Of a DNA stretch of 64,000 bases, positions 27,438 to 36,147 are shown one piece after another. The notes under the pieces were generated by a model. That model ran no database searches, was not told where the DNA came from, and was given only the letters and a program-made list of their open reading frames with translations. The position numbers and the translations under genes were made by a program. The first letter of the stretch is position 1; the number at the start of each line of letters is the position of its first letter. Source of the stretch: Clostridia bacterium (lineage in GTDB: Bacteria > Bacillota > Clostridia > Oscillospirales > CAG-272). The stretch covers positions 45,094 through 109,093 of the forward strand of contig JAFQUJ010000016.1 of the NCBI GenBank assembly GCA_017408585.1, given 5' to 3'.

Positions 27438-27494
27438 CATTTTGCACAAAAATAAAGCCCCCCCCCCCGATTTTTGTGCAAAATGCACAAAATT
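27438..27494 (-). promoter_or_regulatory. upstream control module: 16 bp perfect inverted repeat around a G11 tract, plus a second TGTGCA/TGCACA palindrome
   Basis: + strand: CATTTTGCACAAAAAT (27438-27453), aaag, C11 (27458-27468), g, ATTTTTGTGCAAAATG (27470-27485), then CACAAAATT. TTTGTGCA-aaa-TGCACAAA forms a second palindrome. Confidence 0.6.
27458..27468. repeat. homopolymeric tract, C11 on + strand (G11 in gene orientation)
   Basis: Counted directly: 3 C at 27458-27460 plus 8 C at 27461-27468. Confidence 0.95.
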
Positions 27495-27498
27495 AAAC

Positions 27499-27530
27499 AA
27501 AAAAACACCTTGTAATCAAGGTGTTTTTTG
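27499..27530 (-). terminator. terminator of LRR gene 2 (copy 2 of the repeated terminator)
   Basis: ACACCTTG-taat-CAAGGTGT flanked by A and T runs. Confidence 0.7.
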
Positions 27531-27539
27531 TGTTTTTAA

Positions 27540-29432
27540 TTATTCCTCGTCATTTGTAGGAACGAGTGCGTCAAGAGTTGTTGGAGCAAGAACCTTTTCT
27601 GCTTGCTCGTAGGATACTGTGTAGAGGCTTGCGTCCTCGTAGTCAAGAGTTGATACCTTGCATGAGGTTGTTGTGTCTTGAATGAACTGAACCTCTTGTC
27701 CTTCAACATACGCATACGCTGTAATTACAAGCTCCAGCTGTGTAAGCTCTGTTGTAGTAAAGCCACTAATTGAGAACTTGAAGTTATTATACTCTACGCT
27801 CTCTTGCTCTATCATAATAGCGCCCTTCTTGCCTTCTGCCAAATTAACGCTTCCGTCTGCCTTCAAGAAGCGATTGCTTGCTAGGTGGGTTGGGTTTACC
27901 ATCAAAATACCGAAGGTAATATCCTTTTCGTTATGGAGATTATATAGGTCAAAGTTATCCTTATTTACTGTCCAACCGCCTGCAATTGAGCCTGAGCCAT
28001 CAATTGAGTAGCCACCTGTGGTGCTAAAGATTGGATCAAGGTCTATTGATGCGTCAAGCTGTGTGCAGTTTTCGTTTTGGCAGAATATCTTATGCAAGCC
28101 CATGCTTGTAAAGCCACTCACATAGGTCACTGTATTCTTTTCGATATGACTAAGTGCCTCGGCCTCGAGTGAAGCTCCACAATGTGCGTAATTCTTGCAC
28201 TCATTTCCCTTGGTGCAATCAAAATTTTCCTCATACTCGTGATCAAGCATTGTGTTTGGTGTTTCGCCCTCGCTAATCACAGTATTGCAGAAGCAACGGG
28301 TTACGCCCTTTTCGTTTGAGTAGCATGTAGCAGGCTCAATAGTTGAATGTTTAGGGCTTGCCATGTGCTTTGAAAGGTCGCTTTCGGAAGCGCAGAATAC
28401 GGCTGTTCTTGAATTGGTGTAACTTGCAAAATCCGCACTTGATTTGTCGTTAGCGTTTGCAAAAATTATTTTTGAAGTTTTCCAGTTGGTTGTATTTATC
28501 TCGGTCATATCTCCAAGGAATACAACCGTGCTTGTAACATTCTTGAAAAGATAGCTACCGCTTGCGGAGGTGATCTGTGTTCCGAACACCAAAACGCTGT
28601 TCAAGGAAGTGGCACTTTCAAAGGTGTTTGTGTGAATGGTGTGAAGACTTTCGGGGAAGTAGTAAATATCGGGTTTTGCAGGGGCTGTATCACTTGTAGT
28701 AAATGGTTCGCTTACAAAATATACCTTGCTGAGGTTTTGAAAGACTGCGTATCTGTTCGAGCCTGTCTTTTCAAGTATTTGAATGTTTTTCGATAGATAA
28801 ACGGGACCCAAGCTCGAGCAATCTTTAAAGAAGTTACCCTCACCTGTTATCGTGGTAATGCAGTCGGGAATGCTAAGCGCCTTTAATTTTGAGCAACCAG
28901 CGAACATCCAACCGGAAAGGGTTGTAAATTCGGTATCGGCTTCCGTATGCTCAAAAACAACCTCTTCAAGAACTGCTGAGTTTTGAAAACCGGTACTACC
29001 AATGGATGTAACGGTGTGGGGGAATGTGATTTTCTTAACCGAGCTCAAGGAGTGGGCAAATTGATCTCCAAGGGTAGTAATTCCCTCCGGAATATCAAGC
29101 TCAACAATGTTGTCAATTGTGTAATTCTTTCCCTTTTCCGTAAGGAATGAAAAGTCAAGCACTTTCTTAAGTCCAGCATTTCCGTAGGAGCCCTTATCAA
29201 CGGTTGCTTGGTCCTTGAAAATATAATGGCTTGGGCAAACAAATCCGTCATCAAACACAACATAGTCGTCAGTTGAGTTGACAAAGGTTGATTTTGCGGG
29301 CGCGTCGGGGTAGGTTGTAACCTCTAAAGCCTCGCCATCAACCGTTGTAATCGTTTTTGCACTTACGCAAAGAGCGAAAATCGAGCAAAGTACAATTACC
29401 ATTACAAGAGTTAAAAGTAATTTCTTTTTCAT
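27540..29432 (-). CDS. secreted BspA-type leucine-rich-repeat protein, paralog 2
   Basis: Start placed at MKKKLLLTLVMVIVLCSIFALCVSAK (ATG 29432, after AAGGAGA), giving 630 aa like paralog 1. The ORF-track upstream extension to 29507 would cover the conserved promoter/UTR. Confidence 0.75.
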   Translation of the reverse strand: MKKKLLLTLVMVIVLCSIFALCVSAKTITTVDGEALEVTTYPDAPAKSTFVNSTDDYVVFDDGFVCPSHYIFKDQATVDKGSYGNAGLKKVLDFSFLTEKGKNYTIDNIVELDIPEGITTLGDQFAHSLSSVKKITFPHTVTSIGSTGFQNSAVLEEVVFEHTEADTEFTTLSGWMFAGCSKLKALSIPDCITTITGEGNFFKDCSSLGPVYLSKNIQILEKTGSNRYAVFQNLSKVYFVSEPFTTSDTAPAKPDIYYFPESLHTIHTNTFESATSLNSVLVFGTQITSASGSYLFKNVTSTVVFLGDMTEINTTNWKTSKIIFANANDKSSADFASYTNSRTAVFCASESDLSKHMASPKHSTIEPATCYSNEKGVTRCFCNTVISEGETPNTMLDHEYEENFDCTKGNECKNYAHCGASLEAEALSHIEKNTVTYVSGFTSMGLHKIFCQNENCTQLDASIDLDPIFSTTGGYSIDGSGSIAGGWTVNKDNFDLYNLHNEKDITFGILMVNPTHLASNRFLKADGSVNLAEGKKGAIMIEQESVEYNNFKFSISGFTTTELTQLELVITAYAYVEGQEVQFIQDTTTSCKVSTLDYEDASLYTVSYEQAEKVLAPTTLDALVPTNDEE

Positions 29433-29492
29433 ATTTTTCTCCTTGTGGGGTCGAGTGGCTCGACGCCCATTATAAAATATTACTGTAGTTAT

Positions 29493-29521
29493 ATTATATA
29501 TTACCAAGCATTATATGTCAA
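29493..29521 (-). promoter_or_regulatory. sigma70-like promoter of LRR gene 2
   Basis: Minus strand: TTGACA (29521-29516), 17 nt spacer, TATAAT (29498-29493). Confidence 0.6.
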
Positions 29522-29544
29522 GTCATTTTGCACAAAAAATAAAG

Positions 29545-29554
29545 CCCCCCCCCC
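29545..29554. repeat. homopolymeric tract, C10 on + strand (G10 in gene orientation)
   Basis: Counted directly. Flanked by CATTTTGCACAAAAAAT and ATTTTTGTACAAAATGCACAAAATT. Confidence 0.95.
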
Positions 29555-29584
29555 GATTTTTGTACAAAATGCACAAAATTAAAC

Positions 29585-29616
29585 AAAAAGCACCTTGAAA
29601 AATCAAGGTGCTTTTG
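29585..29616 (-). terminator. terminator of the 119 aa gene (copy 3 of the repeated terminator)
   Basis: AGCACCTTGA-aaaa-TCAAGGTGCT followed by TTT. Confidence 0.65.
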
Positions 29617-29630
29617 TTATTAAGCTACAA

Positions 29631-29990
29631 TTACCATTCCTCACGCCAAGGCTTTGTGATATCCTCTTTAATTTCCGGATATCCGGCGTCCATTGCGATA
29701 TCCTCGATTATATAGCAAAGCTCCTCGCCCAGCTCGCTTTCAAGCATACAATAATCGGCATTTCTATTGATTTTATTGATAGCGAAAATGAGCTTTTTCA
29801 TTTGCTTTAAAATCTTCTCCTCGTTACCATTTTTGATTTTATTTACCGCCTTCATATATTTGATAACGAGCTTTCTTAACATCATTACATGACGAGAGCA
29901 AAATCCGCAATCATCGTCGGCATTTCTTGCCTCGATTAGTGGATCTACTATTTCATTGTCTATTCTTTTCTTATACTGCTTTATATCCAT
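29631..29990 (-). CDS. hypothetical cytoplasmic protein
   Basis: 119 aa, helical and charged. No motif recognised. Confidence 0.45.
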   Translation of the reverse strand: MDIKQYKKRIDNEIVDPLIEARNADDDCGFCSRHVMMLRKLVIKYMKAVNKIKNGNEEKILKQMKKLIFAINKINRNADYCMLESELGEELCYIIEDIAMDAGYPEIKEDITKPWREEW

Positions 29991-30001
29991 TTTTTCTCCT
30001 G

Positions 30002-31828
30002 TTATTTGCCTGCCAAAAGTGATAGGGTGATTGCCAAAATCAGCACTCCGACATCGGCAATTACAGCGCCGAGCATTGGAACAAGTCCAAGCGCGGTAAG
30101 AGCCAGCATTGACGCCTTAATAGCAAGTGAAATTATTATATTCAAGACTGCTATTCGCTTAGTACGCTTAGCAATTTTAATTACGCGAGCGACCTTTTCT
30201 ATATCGTCATCCATAATTACCACATCGCTACATTCAATCGCGCTATCAGAGCCAAGCGCTCCCATAGCGATACCGACATCAGCTCTTGCGAGCGAGGGTG
30301 TGTCGTTTATTCCATCGCCACAGTATGCGACCATTCCCTTTGAATTTGAAATAAGAAGCTCTAATACTTCCAGCTTTTGCTCCGGGTCAAGTGAATGATA
30401 ATATTCCTGTGCGCCTGTTGAGCGTGCAATTGCCTTAACCTTGGATTCCTTATCTCCGCTGATTATTATTTTATTTAATATTCCGAGCTTTGTTAGCTTT
30501 TCAAACGCGATTTTGGCGTTTGCTTTAACCTCATCACCCAAGCTAATTGAGCCTATATATCTGCCATTTAGTGATACTAAAATATTTCCATGGGCGTCCT
30601 CGGGTGCTCCTACAAATGCACGATTTCCCGCCTTGATGTGTCCGAATTTCGAGTCACATTCTATTCCAAAGCCGACGCTTTCGCTATGGTTTTTGCCCTC
30701 ATCATCTATTACGATATTGAGCTTTGATGCTTCGGAAAGTATAGCTAGCGCAATTGGATGAGTTGACTTTTGCTCTGCAATACAGACATATTTTAGAAGC
30801 TCTGTTTTATCAACTCCGGAAATCGGTTCGATTTTAGTTACATGAAGGGTGCTTTTTGTCAGCGTGCCTGTTTTATCAAAAGCGATTGATTTGATTTTAC
30901 ACAGCTTATCAATAACTGATGAGCCCTTGACCAAAGCTCCCTTTTTTGATGCATATGCAATTCCACAAAAATATGAGAGTGGCACAGAAATTACTATTGC
31001 ACAGGGGCAAGAAACAGCGAGCATTGAGAACGCCTTATATGCCCATGACATAAAGCTATAATTATCAAACAAGGGTGGAATTATAGCTACTAAAAGTGCC
31101 AAAATTATTACGATTGGGGTATAGAATTTTGAAAAAACGCTTATGAACTTTTCGCTTTTTGTCTTTCTTTCAAGTGCGTTTTCGGCAATATCTACAATTC
31201 TTTGTGCAGCGCTTGCGCCAAGGGGTCTTTTTACCCTTATCTTGAGGGGTGTGTTGCAGTTTAGGTATCCTGCGAGCACCTCGCTACCCTCTCTTACCTC
31301 GATTGGAAGGCTTTCTCCTGTGATAACAGAGGTATCTACGCTTCCCACGCTATTTACCACATCACCATCAAGTGGAATACGCTCTCCCGAGAAGACCTCG
31401 ATTATAGTGCCGACCTCGACGCTTGATGCGTTTACTATTGTACCCTCGACAAGCCTTGCCTTATCGGGACGAATGCTCGCGAGTGTTTCAAGTGAGCGAC
31501 GAGAGCTATCGGTTGCGACATCCTCGAAAATTTCGCCTGTTGTGTATAATGCCAATACCAGCACCGCCTCGAAGAACTCGCCTATTATCATAGCGCCGAG
31601 CGAGGCGACGGTCATTAAAAGCTTTTCGTCAATTTTGCCCTTCTTGAAAAGTGCTTTCAGTGCGTGGAAAATGATTGAATGCGAAATTATTCCGTATGCT
31701 ACTATATTACAAATGAGTGACATGAGCGACTCATCAAAATGAGCTAGCACGGTTGCCTCTATGAGCAATAAAATTGACAGAAGGATTTTGATTAGTCCTA
31801 TTTTATGCTCTGCAAAAATTTTTTTCAT
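30002..31828 (-). CDS. heavy-metal translocating P1B-type ATPase (Cd/Zn/Co-type), lacking an N-terminal HMA domain
   Basis: 608 aa. TM CPC motif (SCPCAIVISVP), phosphorylation site DKTGTLT, and GDGINDTP. No GMxCxxC domain. Confidence 0.85.
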   Translation of the reverse strand: MKKIFAEHKIGLIKILLSILLLIEATVLAHFDESLMSLICNIVAYGIISHSIIFHALKALFKKGKIDEKLLMTVASLGAMIIGEFFEAVLVLALYTTGEIFEDVATDSSRRSLETLASIRPDKARLVEGTIVNASSVEVGTIIEVFSGERIPLDGDVVNSVGSVDTSVITGESLPIEVREGSEVLAGYLNCNTPLKIRVKRPLGASAAQRIVDIAENALERKTKSEKFISVFSKFYTPIVIILALLVAIIPPLFDNYSFMSWAYKAFSMLAVSCPCAIVISVPLSYFCGIAYASKKGALVKGSSVIDKLCKIKSIAFDKTGTLTKSTLHVTKIEPISGVDKTELLKYVCIAEQKSTHPIALAILSEASKLNIVIDDEGKNHSESVGFGIECDSKFGHIKAGNRAFVGAPEDAHGNILVSLNGRYIGSISLGDEVKANAKIAFEKLTKLGILNKIIISGDKESKVKAIARSTGAQEYYHSLDPEQKLEVLELLISNSKGMVAYCGDGINDTPSLARADVGIAMGALGSDSAIECSDVVIMDDDIEKVARVIKIAKRTKRIAVLNIIISLAIKASMLALTALGLVPMLGAVIADVGVLILAITLSLLAGK

Positions 31829-31829
31829 T

Positions 31830-32153
31830 TTACTCTACTATGTGCTCCATTCCGCAGTCGATGATTGTTCTAACATGCTCATCTGCGAGTGAGTATATCA
31901 TTGTTTTGCCTTGTCTTTTTGACTTTACAAGTCCGCTTGTTTTAAGAACTCTTAGCTGATGAGATACAGCTGATTGAGTTATGTCGAGAAATGCTGAAAT
32001 TTCGCCTACATTCATTTCGCTTTGAGTGAGTGCGCAAAGAATTCTTACTCTTGTGCCGTCACCGAACACCTTATAGAGATCGGCGAGAGCATCGAAGAGC
32101 TCATTATTTCTCAAAATGGCGTCCTTGATTTTGATTACATTTTCGTTTTGCAT
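31830..32153 (-). CDS. ArsR/SmtB-family metalloregulator
   Basis: 107 aa. HTH LCALTQSEMNVGEISAFLDITQSAVSHQLRVLK. Adjacent to and upstream of the ATPase gene. Confidence 0.85.
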   Translation of the reverse strand: MQNENVIKIKDAILRNNELFDALADLYKVFGDGTRVRILCALTQSEMNVGEISAFLDITQSAVSHQLRVLKTSGLVKSKRQGKTMIYSLADEHVRTIIDCGMEHIVE

Positions 32154-32167
32154 TTTTATGCTCCTTT

Positions 32168-32187
32168 ATATGAATAATTGTTCATAT
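32168..32187. promoter_or_regulatory. candidate ArsR/SmtB operator (imperfect 20 bp palindrome)
   Basis: ATATGAATAATTGTTCATAT has 2 mismatches to perfect dyad symmetry and a TGAA..TTCA core like 12-2-12 operators. It lies just upstream of the arsR-like start. Confidence 0.45.
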
Positions 32188-32308
32188 ATTCATTATATAC
32201 TTGATTTTTTTATTTGTCAATAGATTTTTAAAAAAGTATTGAGATTTTTTTACTATTATGATAAAATTAATTTAATGTACTAAATAATATATTTTAGGAG
32301 ATTTTAAT

Positions 32309-34444
32309 ATGCTTAAAAGATCAAAATGGATTTCGTATCCTGTTAATATGGGCTTTGAATGTCCTGTTATTTTCAAAAGCTTCAAGACTGAAAAGGAAAT
32401 CAAGAGGGCCACTCTTACAATAAGCGCGCGTGGTTGCTATTATGCTACTCTTAACGGGGAAAGAATCGGCAATTTTATTTTTGCGCCGGGTGCTACATCT
32501 CTTAAACGAGTTCAGGTGCAAAGCTACGATGTGACCAATATGCTTGGTTTTGACAATACAATCGAGGTAACTCTTTCAAAGGGTTGGTTTCAGGGTAGAA
32601 TTGACTGGAGAGGCTCTAATGACTATCCAAACGATTACGAGGCGGTTATTGCGGAGCTTTCTGTTACATATAAGGACGGCTCTTGCGAGTCTATTGTAAC
32701 TGACGAGAGCTGGAGTGCTAGACGAAGCGCTGTTCGTTTTAGCGATTTTTATGATGGTGAGCATTATGATGCTACATTTATTGACGAAAGCATAGTTGGC
32801 GTCAAGGTGCAAAATTATGACAATGGTATTTTAGTTCCTCAACAGGGTGAATTTGTTGTTGAGCACGAAAGAATTCGTCCCATTAACATTTTCAAGACAC
32901 CTAAGGGCGAGCTTGTTATTGACTTTGGTCAAAATCTTACGGGATATTTTGAGATTTTTGTCAACGCCAAGAGTGGTGAGCGTGTTTCCTTCTCCTTTGC
33001 GGAGGTACTTGATGTCGAGGGCAATTTCTACACAGAAAACTATCGCTCGGCAAAGGCGGAATTCCTTTACACCTGTTGCGATGGTGAGCAATCGTACAAG
33101 CCAAAACTTGCGTTTTGGGGCTATCGCTACATAAGAGTAAACGAGTTTCCTTGCGAGGTAACGCTTGATAGCGTTGTAGCAATCGTTGTTCATTCCGATA
33201 TTAAGAGAACGGGATATCTTGAATCGTCAAGTCCGCTTCTTAACAAGCTGTTCAAAAATATTATTTGGGGTCAAAAGGGCAACTTCCTTGACATTCCAAC
33301 CGACTGTCCTCAAAGAGATGAGCGAGAGGGGTGGACCGGTGATGCGCAGGTATTTTGCAGAACCGCATCATACAACTATGATGTTGAAAAATTCTTTGAG
33401 AAGTGGCTGACTGATCTTAAAATCGACCAAGGTGATGATGGCGGTGTACCAAGCATCGTTCCTCAATATTGGGGCGACGGCTGGAGTGGCTGTGGCTGGG
33501 GTGATGCAAGCACGATTTGCCCTTGGCAAATATATTTAACCTATGGTAACAAGGATATTCTCAGAAAGCAATACAGCTCTATGTGCAAGTGGCTTAAATA
33601 TATTGCATTAAAATCAAAGAACAGATACCTTTGGACAGGCTGTGAGCATTTTGCAGACTGGCTGGGTCTTGATGCGCCCGCGGGTAGCTACAAGGGCTCA
33701 TCAAATGATGATTTTCTTGCATCGGCATATTATCTGTACTCTACATCATTGGTAATAAAGGCGGGCAAGGTGCTTGGAAGAAGCGTGCAAAAATATGAGG
33801 CGCTTTATGAGAGAATTCTTAAGGCAATAAGGAAAAAATTCAAAAAATACAAAACACAGACAGAGTGTGTTATCGCGCTTCACTTTGGGATTGCTCCCGA
33901 TAAGGAAAAAACCGCTAAGCAACTCGCTGATATGATTATCGCAAAAGGCACAAGGCTTCAAACAGGCTTCCTAGGCACTCCGTATTTGCTACACGCTCTA
34001 TCGGATAACGGATATAGTGAGCTTGCGTATGACCTTCTTCTTCAAGAGGCGTTCCCATCGTGGCTCTACTCTGTTAAGCAGGGTGCGACAACAATTTGGG
34101 AACACTGGGACGGAGTAAACGAAAAGGGTGAGTTTTGGTCTAAGGATATGAACTCGTTCAACCATTACGCTTATGGTGCTGTGGCTGACTGGGTTTATGG
34201 TGTATCGTGTGGCATCAAGACGGTTGACGAATTTCCCGGCTTTGAGAGAATTGTTATTGCTCCTATTCCTACTGACAAGCTAGATTTTATGAGCGCGCAA
34301 ATTCAAACAAGGCGTGGTCTTGTATCGTCTAAGTGGTTCCACGAGGGTGGCACGATAAGATACGAAATAACAACTCCATCAAGGACTACAATTATCATTG
34401 ATGGAAAAGAATATAATGTAGAAAAAGGAAGCTATATTTTTTAA
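32309..34444 (+). CDS. GH78 alpha-L-rhamnosidase
   Basis: 711 aa. DIPTDCPQRDEREGWTGDAQVF and the WEHWDG block are typical of GH78 catalytic (alpha/alpha)6 domains. Confidence 0.8.
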   Translation: MLKRSKWISYPVNMGFECPVIFKSFKTEKEIKRATLTISARGCYYATLNGERIGNFIFAPGATSLKRVQVQSYDVTNMLGFDNTIEVTLSKGWFQGRIDWRGSNDYPNDYEAVIAELSVTYKDGSCESIVTDESWSARRSAVRFSDFYDGEHYDATFIDESIVGVKVQNYDNGILVPQQGEFVVEHERIRPINIFKTPKGELVIDFGQNLTGYFEIFVNAKSGERVSFSFAEVLDVEGNFYTENYRSAKAEFLYTCCDGEQSYKPKLAFWGYRYIRVNEFPCEVTLDSVVAIVVHSDIKRTGYLESSSPLLNKLFKNIIWGQKGNFLDIPTDCPQRDEREGWTGDAQVFCRTASYNYDVEKFFEKWLTDLKIDQGDDGGVPSIVPQYWGDGWSGCGWGDASTICPWQIYLTYGNKDILRKQYSSMCKWLKYIALKSKNRYLWTGCEHFADWLGLDAPAGSYKGSSNDDFLASAYYLYSTSLVIKAGKVLGRSVQKYEALYERILKAIRKKFKKYKTQTECVIALHFGIAPDKEKTAKQLADMIIAKGTRLQTGFLGTPYLLHALSDNGYSELAYDLLLQEAFPSWLYSVKQGATTIWEHWDGVNEKGEFWSKDMNSFNHYAYGAVADWVYGVSCGIKTVDEFPGFERIVIAPIPTDKLDFMSAQIQTRRGLVSSKWFHEGGTIRYEITTPSRTTIIIDGKEYNVEKGSYIF

Positions 34445-35502
34445 TGAAAAGAGCTTTAATTGCGATAAGCGGTGGCGTTGACTCCTCTGCTTGCGCGTAT
34501 TTAATGAAAAACGCAGGATATGAGTGCGTTGGCGTTACGATGAAGCTACATTCAAGTAGCGACTCAATAAATGATGGCTGTGTTACAACACAGGATATAG
34601 AGGACGCCAAAAGGGTGTGCGAAACGCTCGAAATTCCCTACCATGTGGTTGATTTTTCGGGCGATTTTGAGAGGCTTGTGATTGAGAGCTTTGTCCGTGC
34701 ATACGAGCTTGGCGCAACTCCAAATCCTTGCATTGAATGTAACTATCACCTTAAATTTAACAAGCTCTTTGAGCATGGTCGTTCCCTTGGCTATGACTAT
34801 ATTGCCACAGGACACTATGCGAGAATTGAGTATGACGAAAAATATGGGCGCAAGGTGTTAAAGGTGGGGCTTGATGCCTCAAAGGACCAGAGCTATGTTT
34901 TATATCGTCTTTCAAAAGAGCAAATTGAGCATACGCTCTTCCCTCTTGGCTCGCTTTCAAAGAGCGAGGTAAGGGAGATTGCGAGGCTTGCATCGCTTGA
35001 TACGAGCACAAAAAAGGAAAGTCAGGACATTTGCTTTATTCCTGACGGAGATTATGCCACATTTATCGAAAAATACACTAAAAAACGATACACCCCCGGC
35101 AATTTTGTCACGCTTGACGGTAAAATTCTAGGTCAGCACAGGGGTATTATTAGATACACGATAGGTCAAGGAAAGGGGCTCGGCTTAGCTCTGCCTCATC
35201 GTATGTATGTGTGTGAAAAGCGCCTTGACACAAACGAGGTTGTTATAGGCGATAACGAGGATTTGTTCTCGCGTGAGCTTTGGGCTGATAGCGTTTGTCT
35301 TAGTGCGATTGACACAATTGATGCACCGATTAGAGTGCAGGCTAAGGTTAGGTACAAGCATATAGCGCAAAATGCTACTGCAACCCTTGAAAATGGACTT
35401 TTACACATTGTGTTTGACGAGCCTCAAAGGGCGATTTGCAAGGGACAGGCTGTCGTTATTTATGATGGTGAGGTTGTCCTTGGTGGTGGCTCGATAATCT
35501 AA
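34444..35502 (+). CDS. mnmA: tRNA 2-thiouridine(34) synthase MnmA
   Basis: MKRALIAISGGVDSS PP-loop, CIECN, ATGHYAR, KDQSY. Confidence 0.9.
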   Translation: MKRALIAISGGVDSSACAYLMKNAGYECVGVTMKLHSSSDSINDGCVTTQDIEDAKRVCETLEIPYHVVDFSGDFERLVIESFVRAYELGATPNPCIECNYHLKFNKLFEHGRSLGYDYIATGHYARIEYDEKYGRKVLKVGLDASKDQSYVLYRLSKEQIEHTLFPLGSLSKSEVREIARLASLDTSTKKESQDICFIPDGDYATFIEKYTKKRYTPGNFVTLDGKILGQHRGIIRYTIGQGKGLGLALPHRMYVCEKRLDTNEVVIGDNEDLFSRELWADSVCLSAIDTIDAPIRVQAKVRYKHIAQNATATLENGLLHIVFDEPQRAICKGQAVVIYDGEVVLGGGSII

Positions 35503-35531
35503 CAAAAAAAGCCGACCTGTGTCGGCTTTGA

Positions 35532-35816
35532 TTATGCTCTTGCTATACAGCTACCACAGGGTGTGTAGCCTCTTTCAATTATAAATTCGATGTCGGTTGT
35601 GGTTTCTTTTGAGCTCTCGTCCATGTTTATGGCGTAGGTACAAAATTGAGTGTGATATTTTTTAGTGCTTGTGTTCAAGACAAACTCGTATCCGTCTGGC
35701 TCGCTTGAGCTTTCAAGTGGTATTTCGGTTTTGTTTTCAAGCTCTGTGCTATTATCACATGAAGCAAAGGTGAAAACGCATACAAGTGCGAGCAAAAGTG
35801 CTACAATTCTTCTCAT
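35532..35816 (-). CDS. small putative lipoprotein with C-terminal Cys/His cluster
   Basis: MRRIVALLLALVCVFTFASC (lipobox). C-terminal KYHTQFC...GYTPCGSC. Confidence 0.55.
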   Translation of the reverse strand: MRRIVALLLALVCVFTFASCDNSTELENKTEIPLESSSEPDGYEFVLNTSTKKYHTQFCTYAINMDESSKETTTDIEFIIERGYTPCGSCIARA

Positions 35817-35876
35817 AAATCCCCCTTAATCGACAAATTTAACTATATTTTACCACATAACAAAAGGAATTTCAAT

Positions 35877-36083
35877 ATGGAAAAGCAAAAGCTTGAAAGA
35901 ATTAATTTTTTGGCAAGGAAGGCACGCGAGGAAGGTCTTACCGACGAGGAAAAGGCTGAGCAAGCTCTGTTAAGGGCGGAGTATGTGGCTGGATTTCGCG
36001 CTTCTCTTCGTGGAACGCTTGACAACACATACATTCAAAATCCTGACGGAACTAAGGTGAAGGTTGAAAAGAAAAAACCTTAA
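35877..36083 (+). CDS. DUF896/YnzC-like small protein
   Basis: 68 aa. KLERINFLARKAREEGLTDEEKAEQALLRAEY is the typical DUF896 (UPF0291) N-terminus as I recall it. Confidence 0.65.
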   Translation: MEKQKLERINFLARKAREEGLTDEEKAEQALLRAEYVAGFRASLRGTLDNTYIQNPDGTKVKVEKKKP

Positions 36084-36110
36084 TTTTATCTTAAAAATTG
36101 ATTTTTAGCG

Positions 36111-36140
36111 CAAAAAAAGCTCCGATTTTCGGAGCTTTTT
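36111..36140. terminator. bidirectional terminator
   Basis: AAAAAAGCTCCGA-tttt-CGGAGCTTTTTT, between convergent genes. Confidence 0.65.
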
Positions 36141-36147
36141 TGTTGCT

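Noticed and set aside
27458-27468. C11 run as a sequencing or assembly artefact
   Set aside because: This cannot be excluded for the exact length. However, three independent C10-C11 runs occur at the equivalent position of three paralogous promoters, two of them in otherwise almost identical context. That argues the tracts are real. The exact lengths should be treated as uncertain.
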